A stretch of 42,150 bases of DNA from Promethearchaeota archaeon (GCA_019058365.1 JAHPZE010000034.1:1-42150); one strand, 5' to 3'; shown: positions 30,752 to 41,654, counted from the stretch's first letter. Made by a program: numbers and translations. The notes: generated by a model not told the origin, from the letters alone.

Positions 30752-31867
30752 ATGTCTAAGAACTCAAGTAAGATGAAATTCTTGACAAAAGGGTTCATAA
30801 TTTCATTTATTTTCTTAATTTTGAGCGCAAGTTTCATTGTATTGTTAATAATTAATCATCTCTTTCTGCCAATTCCATGGATGGATTTTTTATATCAATT
30901 CTTAAGGCCTTGGTTGTTGCTTTTTTTTTATAATTATAATATATATGTCTATTCTGGAGTTTTCATTAGTTATACACTTTTACTTTTATTATATGTTTTC
31001 GGATATAACTTAGCAAAAGTAAGACATATGACAGGTTCAATAATTTATGTCTTTAGTTTGTTAGGATTTGTATTAACTACTTTCTTTATCAGTCATTATG
31101 CTTATGCTAGTATCTTATTTAATCAAGATATAACCCTCAACACAAGGTTAATGTTATTAATGCTCTTTTTACCTATTATCTTTGCATTAGGATTATTTCT
31201 ATTTTTGGTTAATACTGATTTCCTCGTTTTTTTTAAAGATTTAATTAAAGCTAGAAAAATATGGAGACATAATAAGCCTGACTTCGAAATTGAAGTGAAG
31301 GGAAAAATAACGAATATTAATATAAATACTGAAGAACATATTTTCAATCCCGTTCCAATGTTAATTATTGCACAATATCTTCAAACTAAAGGATTTTCTG
31401 TGGCATGGTTTGTAAGAGGTGCTTTTAATCATATTATATCCTTGATTATTACATATTTAACTGGATGGCCGCGGGCTAGAAATGTGCTATTTCGATTAAC
31501 TGGAATGAAGATAGGCGAAAATTGCCATATATCTCAAAAAGCAATACCAGATCCTCTTTTACCTGAATTAATTGAATTTGAAGCAGGTAGTGGATGTGGA
31601 ATTGGAGTAAAATTAATGACTCATAATGCAATGAATATCCAACACGGAAGTTTTAGTTTTGGACCTATCAAAGTTTGTAAAAATGCGAGAATTGGAGCAT
31701 ATTCGGTTATATTACCTGGAGTTACAATAGGTGAGGGATCAATCATTGGAGCCAATTCTCTAGTTAGTGATGATATACCACCATTTTCTATTGCTTTTGG
31801 ATCTCCAGCTAAAGTTGAAAGGAAATTAACTGAAGATGAAAAGAAACTAGTAAGTAAGAATTATTAG
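30752..31867 (+). CDS. Membrane protein fused to a hexapeptide-repeat (left-handed beta-helix) acyltransferase
   Basis: About 4 N-terminal TM helices; C-terminal ARIGAYSVILPGVTIGEGSIIGANSLVSDDIPP...GSPAK. Confidence 0.85.
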   Translation: MSKNSSKMKFLTKGFIISFIFLILSASFIVLLIINHLFLPIPWMDFLYQFLRPWLLLFFYNYNIYVYSGVFISYTLLLLLYVFGYNLAKVRHMTGSIIYVFSLLGFVLTTFFISHYAYASILFNQDITLNTRLMLLMLFLPIIFALGLFLFLVNTDFLVFFKDLIKARKIWRHNKPDFEIEVKGKITNININTEEHIFNPVPMLIIAQYLQTKGFSVAWFVRGAFNHIISLIITYLTGWPRARNVLFRLTGMKIGENCHISQKAIPDPLLPELIEFEAGSGCGIGVKLMTHNAMNIQHGSFSFGPIKVCKNARIGAYSVILPGVTIGEGSIIGANSLVSDDIPPFSIAFGSPAKVERKLTEDEKKLVSKNY

Positions 31868-32005
31868 ATGATTTATTGACAATATTATCGATAATCTAAC
31901 GTATATATTTCATACACTTTTTGAAATAATATTTAAAATTCATAAAACTTATTGTATTAATCTAACAAAAATTAATTTAATAAAAAAATCATAAAGTGAA
32001 TCAAT

Positions 32006-32872
32006 ATATCAGAAAATAATCTTAAACCTTGGATAAAAAATTTAATTATACTTGCGATTTTCTTAGGAGTAATAATAATAACAGCTGAATTAGACTGGGC
32101 TGCTGAGCATTTTAATGTAGGAATCGTCGTACTACTCTTCTGGCTAATCAGTTTACTAAGTTTAGGGTTAATTCTTCCTATTGGATTTATGTATCTTGCA
32201 GGTAATAGAGAAACTGAAAGAGGAAGTTCTGATAAAAAATGGCTAATAATTGCGATAATTTTATTTCTAATCGCTAATGGTATCCCTATTATATTTTATG
32301 TGATTCTTGGATCTCCACCTGGTTTTCTCTTGTATGTACAATTAGCATTATTTGGTTTAATACCAGCTTTTTTTCTTCAACCAAAAGAGATAAAGACTCG
32401 TATCTTATTATTAGCTATTCTTTTTATAGCAATTATTATCCCTATAGGAATTTTTGTTAAGTTAACAATCGATGATGTTTGGTCTCAACTGATAGCATAT
32501 GGTTCAGCTGATAAAACAATGTATTATTTGTCATTCTGGGGTTTAATGATGACTTTTTTCTATCTTATTCTAGGAATTGGTTGGAAATTGGGAGGTGGCT
32601 CAAAAAGACAAAGCTGGAATTTTTTTATCTCTGGTACACTATTACAATACAACACTTTTGAAGATTTCTTATATTTCCTTTTAAATGGACAATCTCTTCC
32701 AGGGACTTGGCCATGGATGAGGAATTTTGTCATAAATTTAGAAGCATTGTTTGGCCATATTCCTACTGACTTAGATCTTCTCATTTTCTGCCTAATTGTG
32801 AGTACAATAGCAATTTTTATCCTCTTTGATTGTCATGGGTATATATGGACAAAAATTAAAGCAAGAAAATGA
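32006..32872 (+). CDS. Polytopic membrane protein; the frame is open 61 codons upstream of the ATG at 32189
   Basis: The upstream in-frame segment encodes two more TM helices starting ATA-SENNLKPW; C-terminal EDFLYFLL...LPGTWPW. Confidence 0.65.
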   Translation: MSENNLKPWIKNLIILAIFLGVIIITAELDWAAEHFNVGIVVLLFWLISLLSLGLILPIGFMYLAGNRETERGSSDKKWLIIAIILFLIANGIPIIFYVILGSPPGFLLYVQLALFGLIPAFFLQPKEIKTRILLLAILFIAIIIPIGIFVKLTIDDVWSQLIAYGSADKTMYYLSFWGLMMTFFYLILGIGWKLGGGSKRQSWNFFISGTLLQYNTFEDFLYFLLNGQSLPGTWPWMRNFVINLEALFGHIPTDLDLLIFCLIVSTIAIFILFDCHGYIWTKIKARK

Positions 32873-33016
32873 AATCTTTTTTTTATTTTCTTTTTTGATA
32901 ATTACCGCTTCAAAACCAAAAAACCTTTAACTAATATTTATATAATTTGATTTAAGATTTTCTTAAGCTTCAATTTAATAAAGGTTTATTTATTACAAAA
33001 AAATCTGGTAGTTCTT

Positions 33017-34513
33017 TTGAAAAGCTATGATGTAATTTTTATACATCCACCTAGATTATTAGAACCTGATTATCGAAAACATGCTAAATACGTTCGAGGA
33101 ACCTTTATTTTTATTCCAATGGGTCTTTTTGCTATTGCTGATCTCCTTGAAAGAAAGGGTTTTGGAGTTAAGATTATAAATTATCCTTTAGAACAATATT
33201 TAAACCGTAATTGGACTTTAAAAGATGATCTTAAACATATTAATTTTAAAATTTGTGGAATTGATCTTCATTGGATACATAATGCATATGGTGCCATTGA
33301 AGTTGCTAAGATAATAAAAGATGTAAAACCATATGCTAAAGTTGTTATTGGGGGATTTAGCGCCTCATATTATCACAATCAAATCTTAAAGTATTATAAC
33401 GTAATTGATGGTGTAATAAGAGGTGAGGGAGAAATCCCATTTTTAAGATATACTCAAAATATCAGCAAAAATAATTCTTTGGATTCTGTTCCTAATTTAT
33501 CTTATCGTGATTCTTCTGGACATATAAAAGTAAATCCACTTTCCTATGTCGCAAAAACATTAGACGATCTTAACTTTACGAATGTATCTTCTCTAAAAAA
33601 TGCAAAACAATATTTTGAGTGTAGTAGAAAGATTATGGGTATTTCTTTTAATCTCCCTATTGGGAGAGGTTGTCCGTTTAATTGTCCATTTTGTGGAGGA
33701 GGCCAAAAGTCTCAGCAAAATTTAACAGGACGGAAGACCGTTGTATTTAGAGATCCAGAAAAAGTACTCGAAGATATTACAAATATTATTGACAATTATA
33801 ATATTCTGAGTATCTTTTTTGGACATGGTGCATATCCCTCTAATTTGAAATATTGGAAAAGATTATTTAGGTTGATACAAAAAGAAAAATTAGAAGTTGG
33901 TGGAGATTTAGAATTATGGCGTCTACCATTTCCTAAAGAAATGTGGAATACATTTTATAAGACTTTTCCTCGCAAAAATTCATCAATAAGTATTTCTCCT
34001 CGAATAATGTCTGCGAAGGTTTATCAAAAAATTACAGAAATTTGTGATCCAACATTCAATTTTCCTGAAAGCCAAATTAGAGATTTAATTAAGAATGCAA
34101 ATTTATTTCGAATAACGCTAAGAATTTGGTTAACAATCGGCTTTCCATTCCAAACTCACCTTGATGTCCTTAAAGATTTTATTTTCGCATTCAAATGTTT
34201 TTTAAAATATGGAAAGTCCAAGTTAACACCAATTACTATAATGAATGAACCATATTTTGTTTTCCCTGGCTCTCCTGCTTATGAATCTCCTGATATCTTT
34301 GGAATAAACCTTATTTATAAATCTTTTCCAGAGTTAGTTGAAATTTTTAAGCGGTCAAAATCCTTTTTTAATAATTTGCTTAACTGTAATAATTATACCA
34401 CAGAATATTTATCTCACGCTTCAATTCGTTATATAAATATGCTATTTTCATTAATCAATGTACCTATGCTTTTAACATCAACATCAAATGACCCGAAAAT
34501 AAAAAATAAATAA
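33017..34513 (+). CDS. Cobalamin-binding radical SAM protein
   Basis: IPMGLFAIA, GIDLHWIHNAYG, GGFSAS, RGEGE and GRGCPFNCPFC. Confidence 0.88.
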   Translation: MKSYDVIFIHPPRLLEPDYRKHAKYVRGTFIFIPMGLFAIADLLERKGFGVKIINYPLEQYLNRNWTLKDDLKHINFKICGIDLHWIHNAYGAIEVAKIIKDVKPYAKVVIGGFSASYYHNQILKYYNVIDGVIRGEGEIPFLRYTQNISKNNSLDSVPNLSYRDSSGHIKVNPLSYVAKTLDDLNFTNVSSLKNAKQYFECSRKIMGISFNLPIGRGCPFNCPFCGGGQKSQQNLTGRKTVVFRDPEKVLEDITNIIDNYNILSIFFGHGAYPSNLKYWKRLFRLIQKEKLEVGGDLELWRLPFPKEMWNTFYKTFPRKNSSISISPRIMSAKVYQKITEICDPTFNFPESQIRDLIKNANLFRITLRIWLTIGFPFQTHLDVLKDFIFAFKCFLKYGKSKLTPITIMNEPYFVFPGSPAYESPDIFGINLIYKSFPELVEIFKRSKSFFNNLLNCNNYTTEYLSHASIRYINMLFSLINVPMLLTSTSNDPKIKNK

Positions 34514-34627
34514 GTAGTTAGATTTGTATTAAGAAGCATTAATAGACCCAATTAATTAAAGGGGAATATCTAAAAAAATTCTTTAAATCTATTAATAAAA
34601 ATAATTAATATCAGAAATCTATCTTAA

Positions 34628-35146
34628 TCATAAAATGCGTGTCCAAATCATTAAAATAGCTATTACCACAAGTATTGCATTAAAAATTATCCCAATAAAC
34701 CCTATTATGTTTCCAGCTTTCAAAATAGAACTTTCAGGCTCCATTTCTTTTGCTTTTTCACTATATAATTTAGATATAATTCCAAATATTATTCCCAGAA
34801 TATTTACTATTGTGAGACCTATAAGAACTCTTCTCATTAGGAAATAATAAGATATAACTGGATTCATTAATATAGTTGTTCCAAAATTAAATGCGAATGT
34901 CGCAATAACAAGAGAAATTATTCCGAAACCTAAACATATTTTCGAATTAGAACTAGTGCTTCCTTTTTTAACTGATTTTTGTTCGATTATTTGATATACT
35001 GGAGGTGAGGCTGGTGTTATTTTATATTGATCATCTTCAATCCCTAATTGAGGTGTCTCAGAAATGATTTGAATCTTATTTCCACAATTCTGACAAAACC
35101 TTTGATTTTTAATTTCTAATTTTTCTCCACAATTTTGACAATACAA
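34628..35146 (-). CDS. N-terminal zinc-ribbon membrane protein
   Basis: MYCQNCG...FCQNCG followed by three TM helices. Confidence 0.8.
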   Translation of the reverse strand: MYCQNCGEKLEIKNQRFCQNCGNKIQIISETPQLGIEDDQYKITPASPPVYQIIEQKSVKKGSTSSNSKICLGFGIISLVIATFAFNFGTTILMNPVISYYFLMRRVLIGLTIVNILGIIFGIISKLYSEKAKEMEPESSILKAGNIIGFIGIIFNAILVVIAILMIWTRIL

Positions 35147-35522
35147 GAGTTTTCTACAAAATGGATTTGATTGAATAGTTCTAAATGTTATTACTATTAT
35201 TTTAATATATTCAAATTTAATTTTTTCTATACTTCTAGAATCTTCTGTCTTTATACTAATTATAATTTGAGTACTAAGATTTAAAAATTAGATTATTTTC
35301 GGATAAATTCATTTGTACTAATAATTCTTTATAAAAATTATCATTTGGGTAATTAGATGGTTTAAAATTAAAATATTTTGTCTTTAATTCTTTGGAGAAA
35401 TAATCGTGAAATTTAAGTAGCGAAAGAATTATCTCTGTAAAAATTGTTTTTAGTGCTTTTTAAAATATAAATATAAATGGACTGTATAATTAGAATAGAA
35501 AAAATAAGTAATATAAAATTAG

Positions 35523-36875
35523 TTATACATTAGATAAAGCTATTACTTCTGCTTCTTCTCTTTCTAGTAACATTGGAGTTTTGTCCCAGCTTATTTCTTT
35601 AGGAAGTTTAAATTGCCGTAAAAACATAAAAAGATGAATAAAACCACTTATTGGAAAAAATAATAAAAGACTATAATGTTTATCACAGTATTTTCTTATA
35701 ACATTGAATAAAAAGCCAAATTGAAAGAATAGACAGGAAAGGCTCCAAATTAATAAATAAAATTCTCCAAGGAATGAATAAAGTATAGCAAATCCAATTA
35801 TTATCGGAATCCATGTATCCATATTTGCTATAACCATCATTGTCATATTTCTTGCGATAATTAAAGATTTACCATTTTTATATTCGCTTTCCATTGCCAT
35901 TAGTTGAGGCATGTCACCAATAAATCCAGCAAGCCATCGTGTACGCTGTTTTACTAATATCTCCCAATTGTTAGGGACATACTCATATATTTTTGCTTTT
36001 GGTGAAAATCGAATATCTACTCCGTCTAGATTTAGAAGTATAGAGAGATAAAGGTCTTCTGTCATAGAATCTTCGTTAAAACCCCCATATTTCCGTAGAT
36101 ATTTTGTTCTGATAGCAAAATTTCTTCCGAATGAATAAGCTGATGATCCTAATCTATTTTTAATTTCAAATAGTAATCCACCACCAGAAACAATACCGTA
36201 ATCCAGGAAGATACCCCTTGTTAATTTATTTTTTTTCCAATTCTTAACTAAAACAGGGCCTATAACAGCATTAATTTTTTCATCATGAAATGGTGATATC
36301 AAATTTCTTAGAGTATTTGGCTCTAAAATACATCCTGAATCATAAAGAACCACAATATCATTTCTTACATGATCTAAACCGTAATTAAGTGCTGCCGGTT
36401 TTCCTTTTTTAGATAAATCTTCTGATAATATTTGTATATCCATATCCTCATAATGCCTTACAAAGTTTTTACAATAATCTTTTGTCTTATCTGTTGAGCC
36501 ACTATTTACAATAATAATTTGGATATTTTCTTTAGGATATTCTGATAAAGCAATCGATTTTATTGTTCGTTCCAATAATATTTCTTCATTTTTAGAGGCT
36601 ATTAATATACTTATATTTGCATAAAATGGTGTTTTTGTTTTATAACCCCTCCCAAATGAGGCAAGGAAGTGTATTCCATAAAGAATAACAAATCCTAAGA
36701 GCATAATTAAACCAATAAAAGGAAATATGAACCACCAATAAGCTAAAGGATCTACAAAAAAAGTATCAATTGCTTCTTTTACTTTAGACGACCAAAAGGG
36801 TGGAAAATAGATGTGTATTAATACATATAAAATTACAAAAATAGATCCATATAATAAATATCTGTACAATTTCAT
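35523..36875 (-). CDS. Processive-type GT2 glycosyltransferase (membrane-bound)
   Basis: GKPAALN, YDSG (degenerate DxD), TED and QRTRW (QxxRW), with flanking TM helices. Confidence 0.88.
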   Translation of the reverse strand: MKLYRYLLYGSIFVILYVLIHIYFPPFWSSKVKEAIDTFFVDPLAYWWFIFPFIGLIMLLGFVILYGIHFLASFGRGYKTKTPFYANISILIASKNEEILLERTIKSIALSEYPKENIQIIIVNSGSTDKTKDYCKNFVRHYEDMDIQILSEDLSKKGKPAALNYGLDHVRNDIVVLYDSGCILEPNTLRNLISPFHDEKINAVIGPVLVKNWKKNKLTRGIFLDYGIVSGGGLLFEIKNRLGSSAYSFGRNFAIRTKYLRKYGGFNEDSMTEDLYLSILLNLDGVDIRFSPKAKIYEYVPNNWEILVKQRTRWLAGFIGDMPQLMAMESEYKNGKSLIIARNMTMMVIANMDTWIPIIIGFAILYSFLGEFYLLIWSLSCLFFQFGFLFNVIRKYCDKHYSLLLFFPISGFIHLFMFLRQFKLPKEISWDKTPMLLEREEAEVIALSNV

Positions 36876-36902
36876 TTTTTTTAAAACACCTTTTATGGTT
36901 TT

Positions 36903-37832
36903 TTATATACTATCGATTTTTTTAAGGTTTTTCCAGATGTATCTAGCAAATAAAATCACTGAAAGTACCATAATAGCCAATAGACTGATTTGATAAATAA
37001 ACATAGCCCAAGTGATAACCCACGAGTGGGAAACCGTCCAGATCGAGGTAGCAGTGGGATTGATCAAATTTGTTATTAATACAGTGAGACTCGAAGCACC
37101 ATACATTATGTAGAATGTAGCAATAACTAACACACGTGTTATCCTTTCCCCGATAAATGGCTTTGTTTCATGTAAACCTAAACTTTCATGTTTAGCTCTC
37201 ATATACTCGTATATAAATATTAAAATTATATTTGTCCAAATCATCCATTTAAAATCTAATCCATTGATAGCTAATACTGATAAGCTTGTAGGAATGAGAC
37301 ATACTAACATTAATGTATCACTGACCCGATCAATTACATTATCTAACCAGGCACCGCTTTTAGACTTAATATTTAATAATCTCGCTATTGCTCCATCAAT
37401 CCCATCAACAATTCCAGTAAATAGTACCAAAAGAGCAAGAGCGAAAAACCAAGCGCCATAAAGGGGTTGCTGAGTAAATAAACCTAGTGTATGACCTTTT
37501 CCCGCTATAATTACACCATAAAATATGAGAAACGACAAAATTAAATTCATAAAAGATACTTTATTTGGAGTTAAACCTATTTTTATAAAAAATTTTGCGC
37601 CTTTATAAGTTATAGGCATATAAAGCAATCCTGACGGATCCTTTTTCATTTGTATAAATTGCTCTTCTAATTTGGGAGCTTGTCCATGATCTTTTAGCCA
37701 ATCTTTTATGAATTCATCACAACTCATAAATTCTTGGTTGGATTTTTTTTTAGAGATCCCACTAAGAAAGATAATTAAAAGGAGTATAAGTAGTATTAAG
37801 GGAAATACAATATTAAACACAATTTCTGTCAT
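36903..37832 (-). CDS. CDP-alcohol phosphatidyltransferase family protein
   Basis: TPN motif and DGIDGAIAR...GAWLDNVIDRVSD. Confidence 0.9.
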   Translation of the reverse strand: MTEIVFNIVFPLILLILLLIIFLSGISKKKSNQEFMSCDEFIKDWLKDHGQAPKLEEQFIQMKKDPSGLLYMPITYKGAKFFIKIGLTPNKVSFMNLILSFLIFYGVIIAGKGHTLGLFTQQPLYGAWFFALALLVLFTGIVDGIDGAIARLLNIKSKSGAWLDNVIDRVSDTLMLVCLIPTSLSVLAINGLDFKWMIWTNIILIFIYEYMRAKHESLGLHETKPFIGERITRVLVIATFYIMYGASSLTVLITNLINPTATSIWTVSHSWVITWAMFIYQISLLAIMVLSVILFARYIWKNLKKIDSI

Positions 37833-38276
37833 ATTGTCCTCTTCAGTTTTTCTAATATTTTCTTAATTAAATATTTTTGAATTTTGTAATTTTTATAAGA
37901 GTATACGAAATATTTAAACTTATTGTAAAAAGTTTTAGAATTTGACTACTTTAACAAAAAAATCAGTTATTGAATTATAATTTCTAGTTATCATTTATTC
38001 TGATTAAGTATTTTAGGATATTGATGTTTATCTTTAATCAATTTTTTATATGCAATGATGTTTGAAGGCTAATTCTTCTGGTTCTAGTATACCAATTACT
38101 ATAAAATATCAGCTTATTTAGAAAATTTAATTAATTTTTATTTAAACGAATTTTTTTTCATGTCAGGATTAATATCCAAGAGCTCGATATACTTAAGAAT
38201 TGGACCCCTAAAACATTATAAAGTATTATTTAATTATAAGAATAAATAGTCAAATAAATTTTAAAAGTTTGTAAAT

Positions 38277-39113
38277 ATGTCAAGTTCTAGTTTAGAAATG
38301 AAATGGAATAAATTCGGTAAAAATTTTCTTGGTGCTGCAATTTTATGGATTTTTATATTTATTCCGTATGTAGCGTTTGGTGTTATTATTCTTCAATTTA
38401 TCTTTATAAATTTAGCATTAAATGAGATTAAAAATATAAATCATCAACTGAATAATCCAAATCTTGAAAAATTTTATTCAAAATGTTTAAAAGGGAATAT
38501 AATTAAATTGATTGGTTTAATTGTCATCAATGTTGGTGGCGCAATGATAGCTGGAGCTTTAATATTACGTCATTTTTTTAATGTTTTTCGGCCTTTATGG
38601 ATCTTTGTTCCTCCAATCGTAGTATTAATGGTTGGATTTATATTATTAATTATTGCTAGTAGCATTGAAATGCATGCTTGGGAAAATTTAAAGAGTTTCC
38701 TTCAACAAAACAAGGAAATGTTTCCAGTTAAAATAGCTAAAGATGTAATCGATGGCGCAGATAACTTAAAGTCTGGGACTTTTTCATGGGCACTCGGATT
38801 TTTATTTGTTCCTATAATAATTGGATGGATATATCAAGTAGTGGGTTATTTCAAATTAGCGTCTTTTAATAAATTGGTTCCAAAAAAGGAAGTTAAAATA
38901 ACTCCCATTCCTGAATACCAATCAACTACTACTCATATACATCAATCAACTACCGCTCCTATATATCAACCAATCCCTACTCCCATTTACCAACCAAATC
39001 CTACACTTAATTTAGAAGAAAGAGATACTTTTAATTTTTGTCCAATTTGTGGAGCGAAATTAAATCAAGCAGCTAAATTTTGTGGCGAATGTGGATCGCA
39101 ATTAAGGAGTTAA
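38277..39113 (+). CDS. Membrane protein with a Pro/Thr/Tyr linker and C-terminal zinc ribbon
   Basis: Several TM helices and C-terminal FCPICG...FCGECG. Confidence 0.8.
   Translation: MSSSSLEMKWNKFGKNFLGAAILWIFIFIPYVAFGVIILQFIFINLALNEIKNINHQLNNPNLEKFYSKCLKGNIIKLIGLIVINVGGAMIAGALILRHFFNVFRPLWIFVPPIVVLMVGFILLIIASSIEMHAWENLKSFLQQNKEMFPVKIAKDVIDGADNLKSGTFSWALGFLFVPIIIGWIYQVVGYFKLASFNKLVPKKEVKITPIPEYQSTTTHIHQSTTAPIYQPIPTPIYQPNPTLNLEERDTFNFCPICGAKLNQAAKFCGECGSQLRS
38916..39011 (+). repeat. Four degenerate 24-nt tandem repeats encoding YQSTTTHI/HQSTTAPI/YQPIPTPI/YQPNPTLN
   Basis: 24-nt periodicity visible in both DNA and protein. Confidence 0.65.
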
Positions 39114-39271
39114 AAAGAACAATAAAAATATGTTTAACTTTTGAAAATTTTTTTTTAATTATTCTCATTTTTCAAATTGTTTGAGGAATAATTCTTAAGA
39201 TAATTTATTGAACATGCTTATAGGTAAGAATTTTATGATTCTTTTCTATACAATAATCTTGTTTAATCAAT

Positions 39272-40405
39272 TTATGCTCCTATATATGCCTCTTTAATCG
39301 CTGAACACCCTCCGCATCTTACGCAACCTGCTTTGTTTTTTAAAGGATTAACGCTATATTCTCTCATCAATTTTGCACATTTTTTATATATATCTAATAA
39401 ATCTTGATAATTTGTGATGGGTAAATCTTTTTTTCCAGGGATGGATCTTACAGGTGTAACATATGGAATCACTCCAATTGAAATAACTTTTTTCACATCT
39501 TTTATAAAATTAGATTTAGATTCTCCAAATCCAGTCAAAATATAACTACTAACTTGATTTTCTCCAAAAATGTCTATTGCGTGTCTCCAATTTTTTTCAT
39601 ATAATTCATGAGAAATGCTGAACTTACCAGGTGTAATCTCTTTTCTTAACGATTCATTAAGAACTTCTATATGAATCCCAATAGTGTCAGCTCCTGCTTC
39701 TTTTAATCTATTAATATATTCTAAATCTTCTAAAGCTTCAATTTGAACATGCAAGGGAAGATTAGGATGCTCATTTTTCACACCTTTTAACATTTCAATA
39801 TAACGATTTACCCCTTTATCAATATTTTCATCCGTTCCGCTAGTTAACGTCATGTGAGAACATCTACTTTCTTTCTTAGCAGCTGTAATTACTTCTGACA
39901 TCTGTTTTGCATTTTTTTCTTTAATTGTAGTATCATATTGTAAACTTAATTCAATACCACAAAACTTACAAGGTTCACCACATGCCCAATATACGCACTT
40001 TTGATAAATAGTACTCGCTAAACAATCGACTCCATGTACTAAAGCGATTTTTTTCATGTCAATTCCATCAGTGGTTTTCAAATCATAGAATTTTGGATTT
40101 TCAATAAGTTTTACCTTACCAAATAAGTGGTTATTAATATTATCATAAACTTCAAAAAATTCTCCTCTTTTCGCTTGCAAAACTAAATTGGTCTTATTTT
40201 TATCATTCCAAAGAGCAACATTCACTAAAGTTTTACCATCTTCTAATAAAAAGTATCTACCTCCAAGAGGTCCTGCTCCTCCTTTTCTTCCAAAATCTAT
40301 TTGAATTCCTTGTTCTCTATATAGCTTGATTAGTTCATGATCTAAATATAATCCCTTACATAACAATTCAGTCTTCTTTTTTAACACAGTTTCGGATTCT
40401 ATCAT
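39272..40405 (-). CDS. Radical SAM protein, MSMEG_0568/NitD-like
   Basis: RKGGAGP, IALVHGVDCLASTIYQKC...CKFCGIE, IGIHIE and C-terminal KAGCVRCGGCS. Confidence 0.78.
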   Translation of the reverse strand: MIESETVLKKKTELLCKGLYLDHELIKLYREQGIQIDFGRKGGAGPLGGRYFLLEDGKTLVNVALWNDKNKTNLVLQAKRGEFFEVYDNINNHLFGKVKLIENPKFYDLKTTDGIDMKKIALVHGVDCLASTIYQKCVYWACGEPCKFCGIELSLQYDTTIKEKNAKQMSEVITAAKKESRCSHMTLTSGTDENIDKGVNRYIEMLKGVKNEHPNLPLHVQIEALEDLEYINRLKEAGADTIGIHIEVLNESLRKEITPGKFSISHELYEKNWRHAIDIFGENQVSSYILTGFGESKSNFIKDVKKVISIGVIPYVTPVRSIPGKKDLPITNYQDLLDIYKKCAKLMREYSVNPLKNKAGCVRCGGCSAIKEAYIGA

Positions 40406-40819
40406 TGTTCCCTAAAAAAGAATTCAATATTGTCTTATTCTTTTATTGATTTAGCGTGTTTTAATTTTCTTTATGGAATTTAAATGTGGCGCGTATTTAA
40501 TTCTAAGTATTATTGAAAATAAAAATACATATCTAAAATCTTATTAATCTATCAACTATATATAAAATCATTAAAATCCAAAACATGAAAATAATAATGT
40601 ACAAGATTTCATGGATTTAGAGCGTTGTCTTGTTTACATTTAATGAAAGTTCGAAATGAATTGAAAAGAAATTTCTGAGGAATTGAATTTAAGATATTTT
40701 CCTGAATTTTTTACGTCAAGTAAAGAATTAAATAAAAAAGAAAATAATCATAACTCAGCAATTAATTTTATAATTATCACACAATCCTATATATCAAAAT
40801 TAAAAAAAAGTTGAGATTT

Positions 40820-41515
40820 ATGGCAAATATTAGAGATCAAATTTGGCTTTTACCTTTTGCTGGAGCTATACTTACAGCAATTAGCATTTTCACACCAACG
40901 TTAGTTTTTCACTTAGGATCATACTTTTGGCTTCAGTATATGGATGGTTTTAAGCTAATTATTGGTGGAGGATCTGGACCTTCAGTAGGATTCTTCGCTG
41001 TCCTAAGTATAATGATTATTGGGATTATTTCGACAATATTAATAGTAATATGTACAATTATTTTGTTTATCTCAGCTCTTTCCCATAGAGGAAAAGAAAT
41101 ACCTGGTTCCTGGATCGTCATTGGCATTTTCCTTATTGGAGGAACAATATTTTATATTGGAGGATCAGAGTTAGGTTATTTTATTTATAGGCTGATACAT
41201 TATGGGCTACCGGGTAGTTTTTGGCGTGGTGGTATCCCTAGTTTCGCGGTTATCGCTCCATTTATTGGAGGAGGATTGTCAATCTTAAGCGTTATTATAG
41301 GTAAAAGTGTGGGTAAAGAAGAAGTTGATATAACCCCAGTTAGTAAAGAAGCACCTTCAGTAAGCATAGATGAACCTCCTATAAAAGAAGAAATATCCCA
41401 ACCTTTCCCAACTGCGAAATTTCAAAGTGCTAAGTTTTGCCCAGTCTGTGGTGAAAAAATACTGAGCATAGAAGCTCGATTTTGCCCAAGTTGTGGAAAT
41501 AATTTGAAAAAATGA
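40820..41515 (+). CDS. 4-TM membrane protein with C-terminal zinc ribbon
   Basis: Hydrophobic helices and FCPVCG...FCPSCG; ATG at 40820 is preferred over TTG at 40811. Confidence 0.78.
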   Translation: MANIRDQIWLLPFAGAILTAISIFTPTLVFHLGSYFWLQYMDGFKLIIGGGSGPSVGFFAVLSIMIIGIISTILIVICTIILFISALSHRGKEIPGSWIVIGIFLIGGTIFYIGGSELGYFIYRLIHYGLPGSFWRGGIPSFAVIAPFIGGGLSILSVIIGKSVGKEEVDITPVSKEAPSVSIDEPPIKEEISQPFPTAKFQSAKFCPVCGEKILSIEARFCPSCGNNLKK

Positions 41516-41654
41516 TAATGATGTTTTCTTTCTTAATTTATTTTTGATAAGATTTTTGTATTCCAATTTCTAAAGATTTATTAATAAATCTATTATAACC
41601 TAATTTAACAATCTCTTTTTACATTAAATAAAGAAAATTCAATGGTGCCTAATA

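Noticed and set aside
37860-38270. Coding-like fragments on the minus strand (similar fragments at about 40600-40760 on the plus strand)
   Set aside because: Short, interrupted and not assignable to a family by eye.
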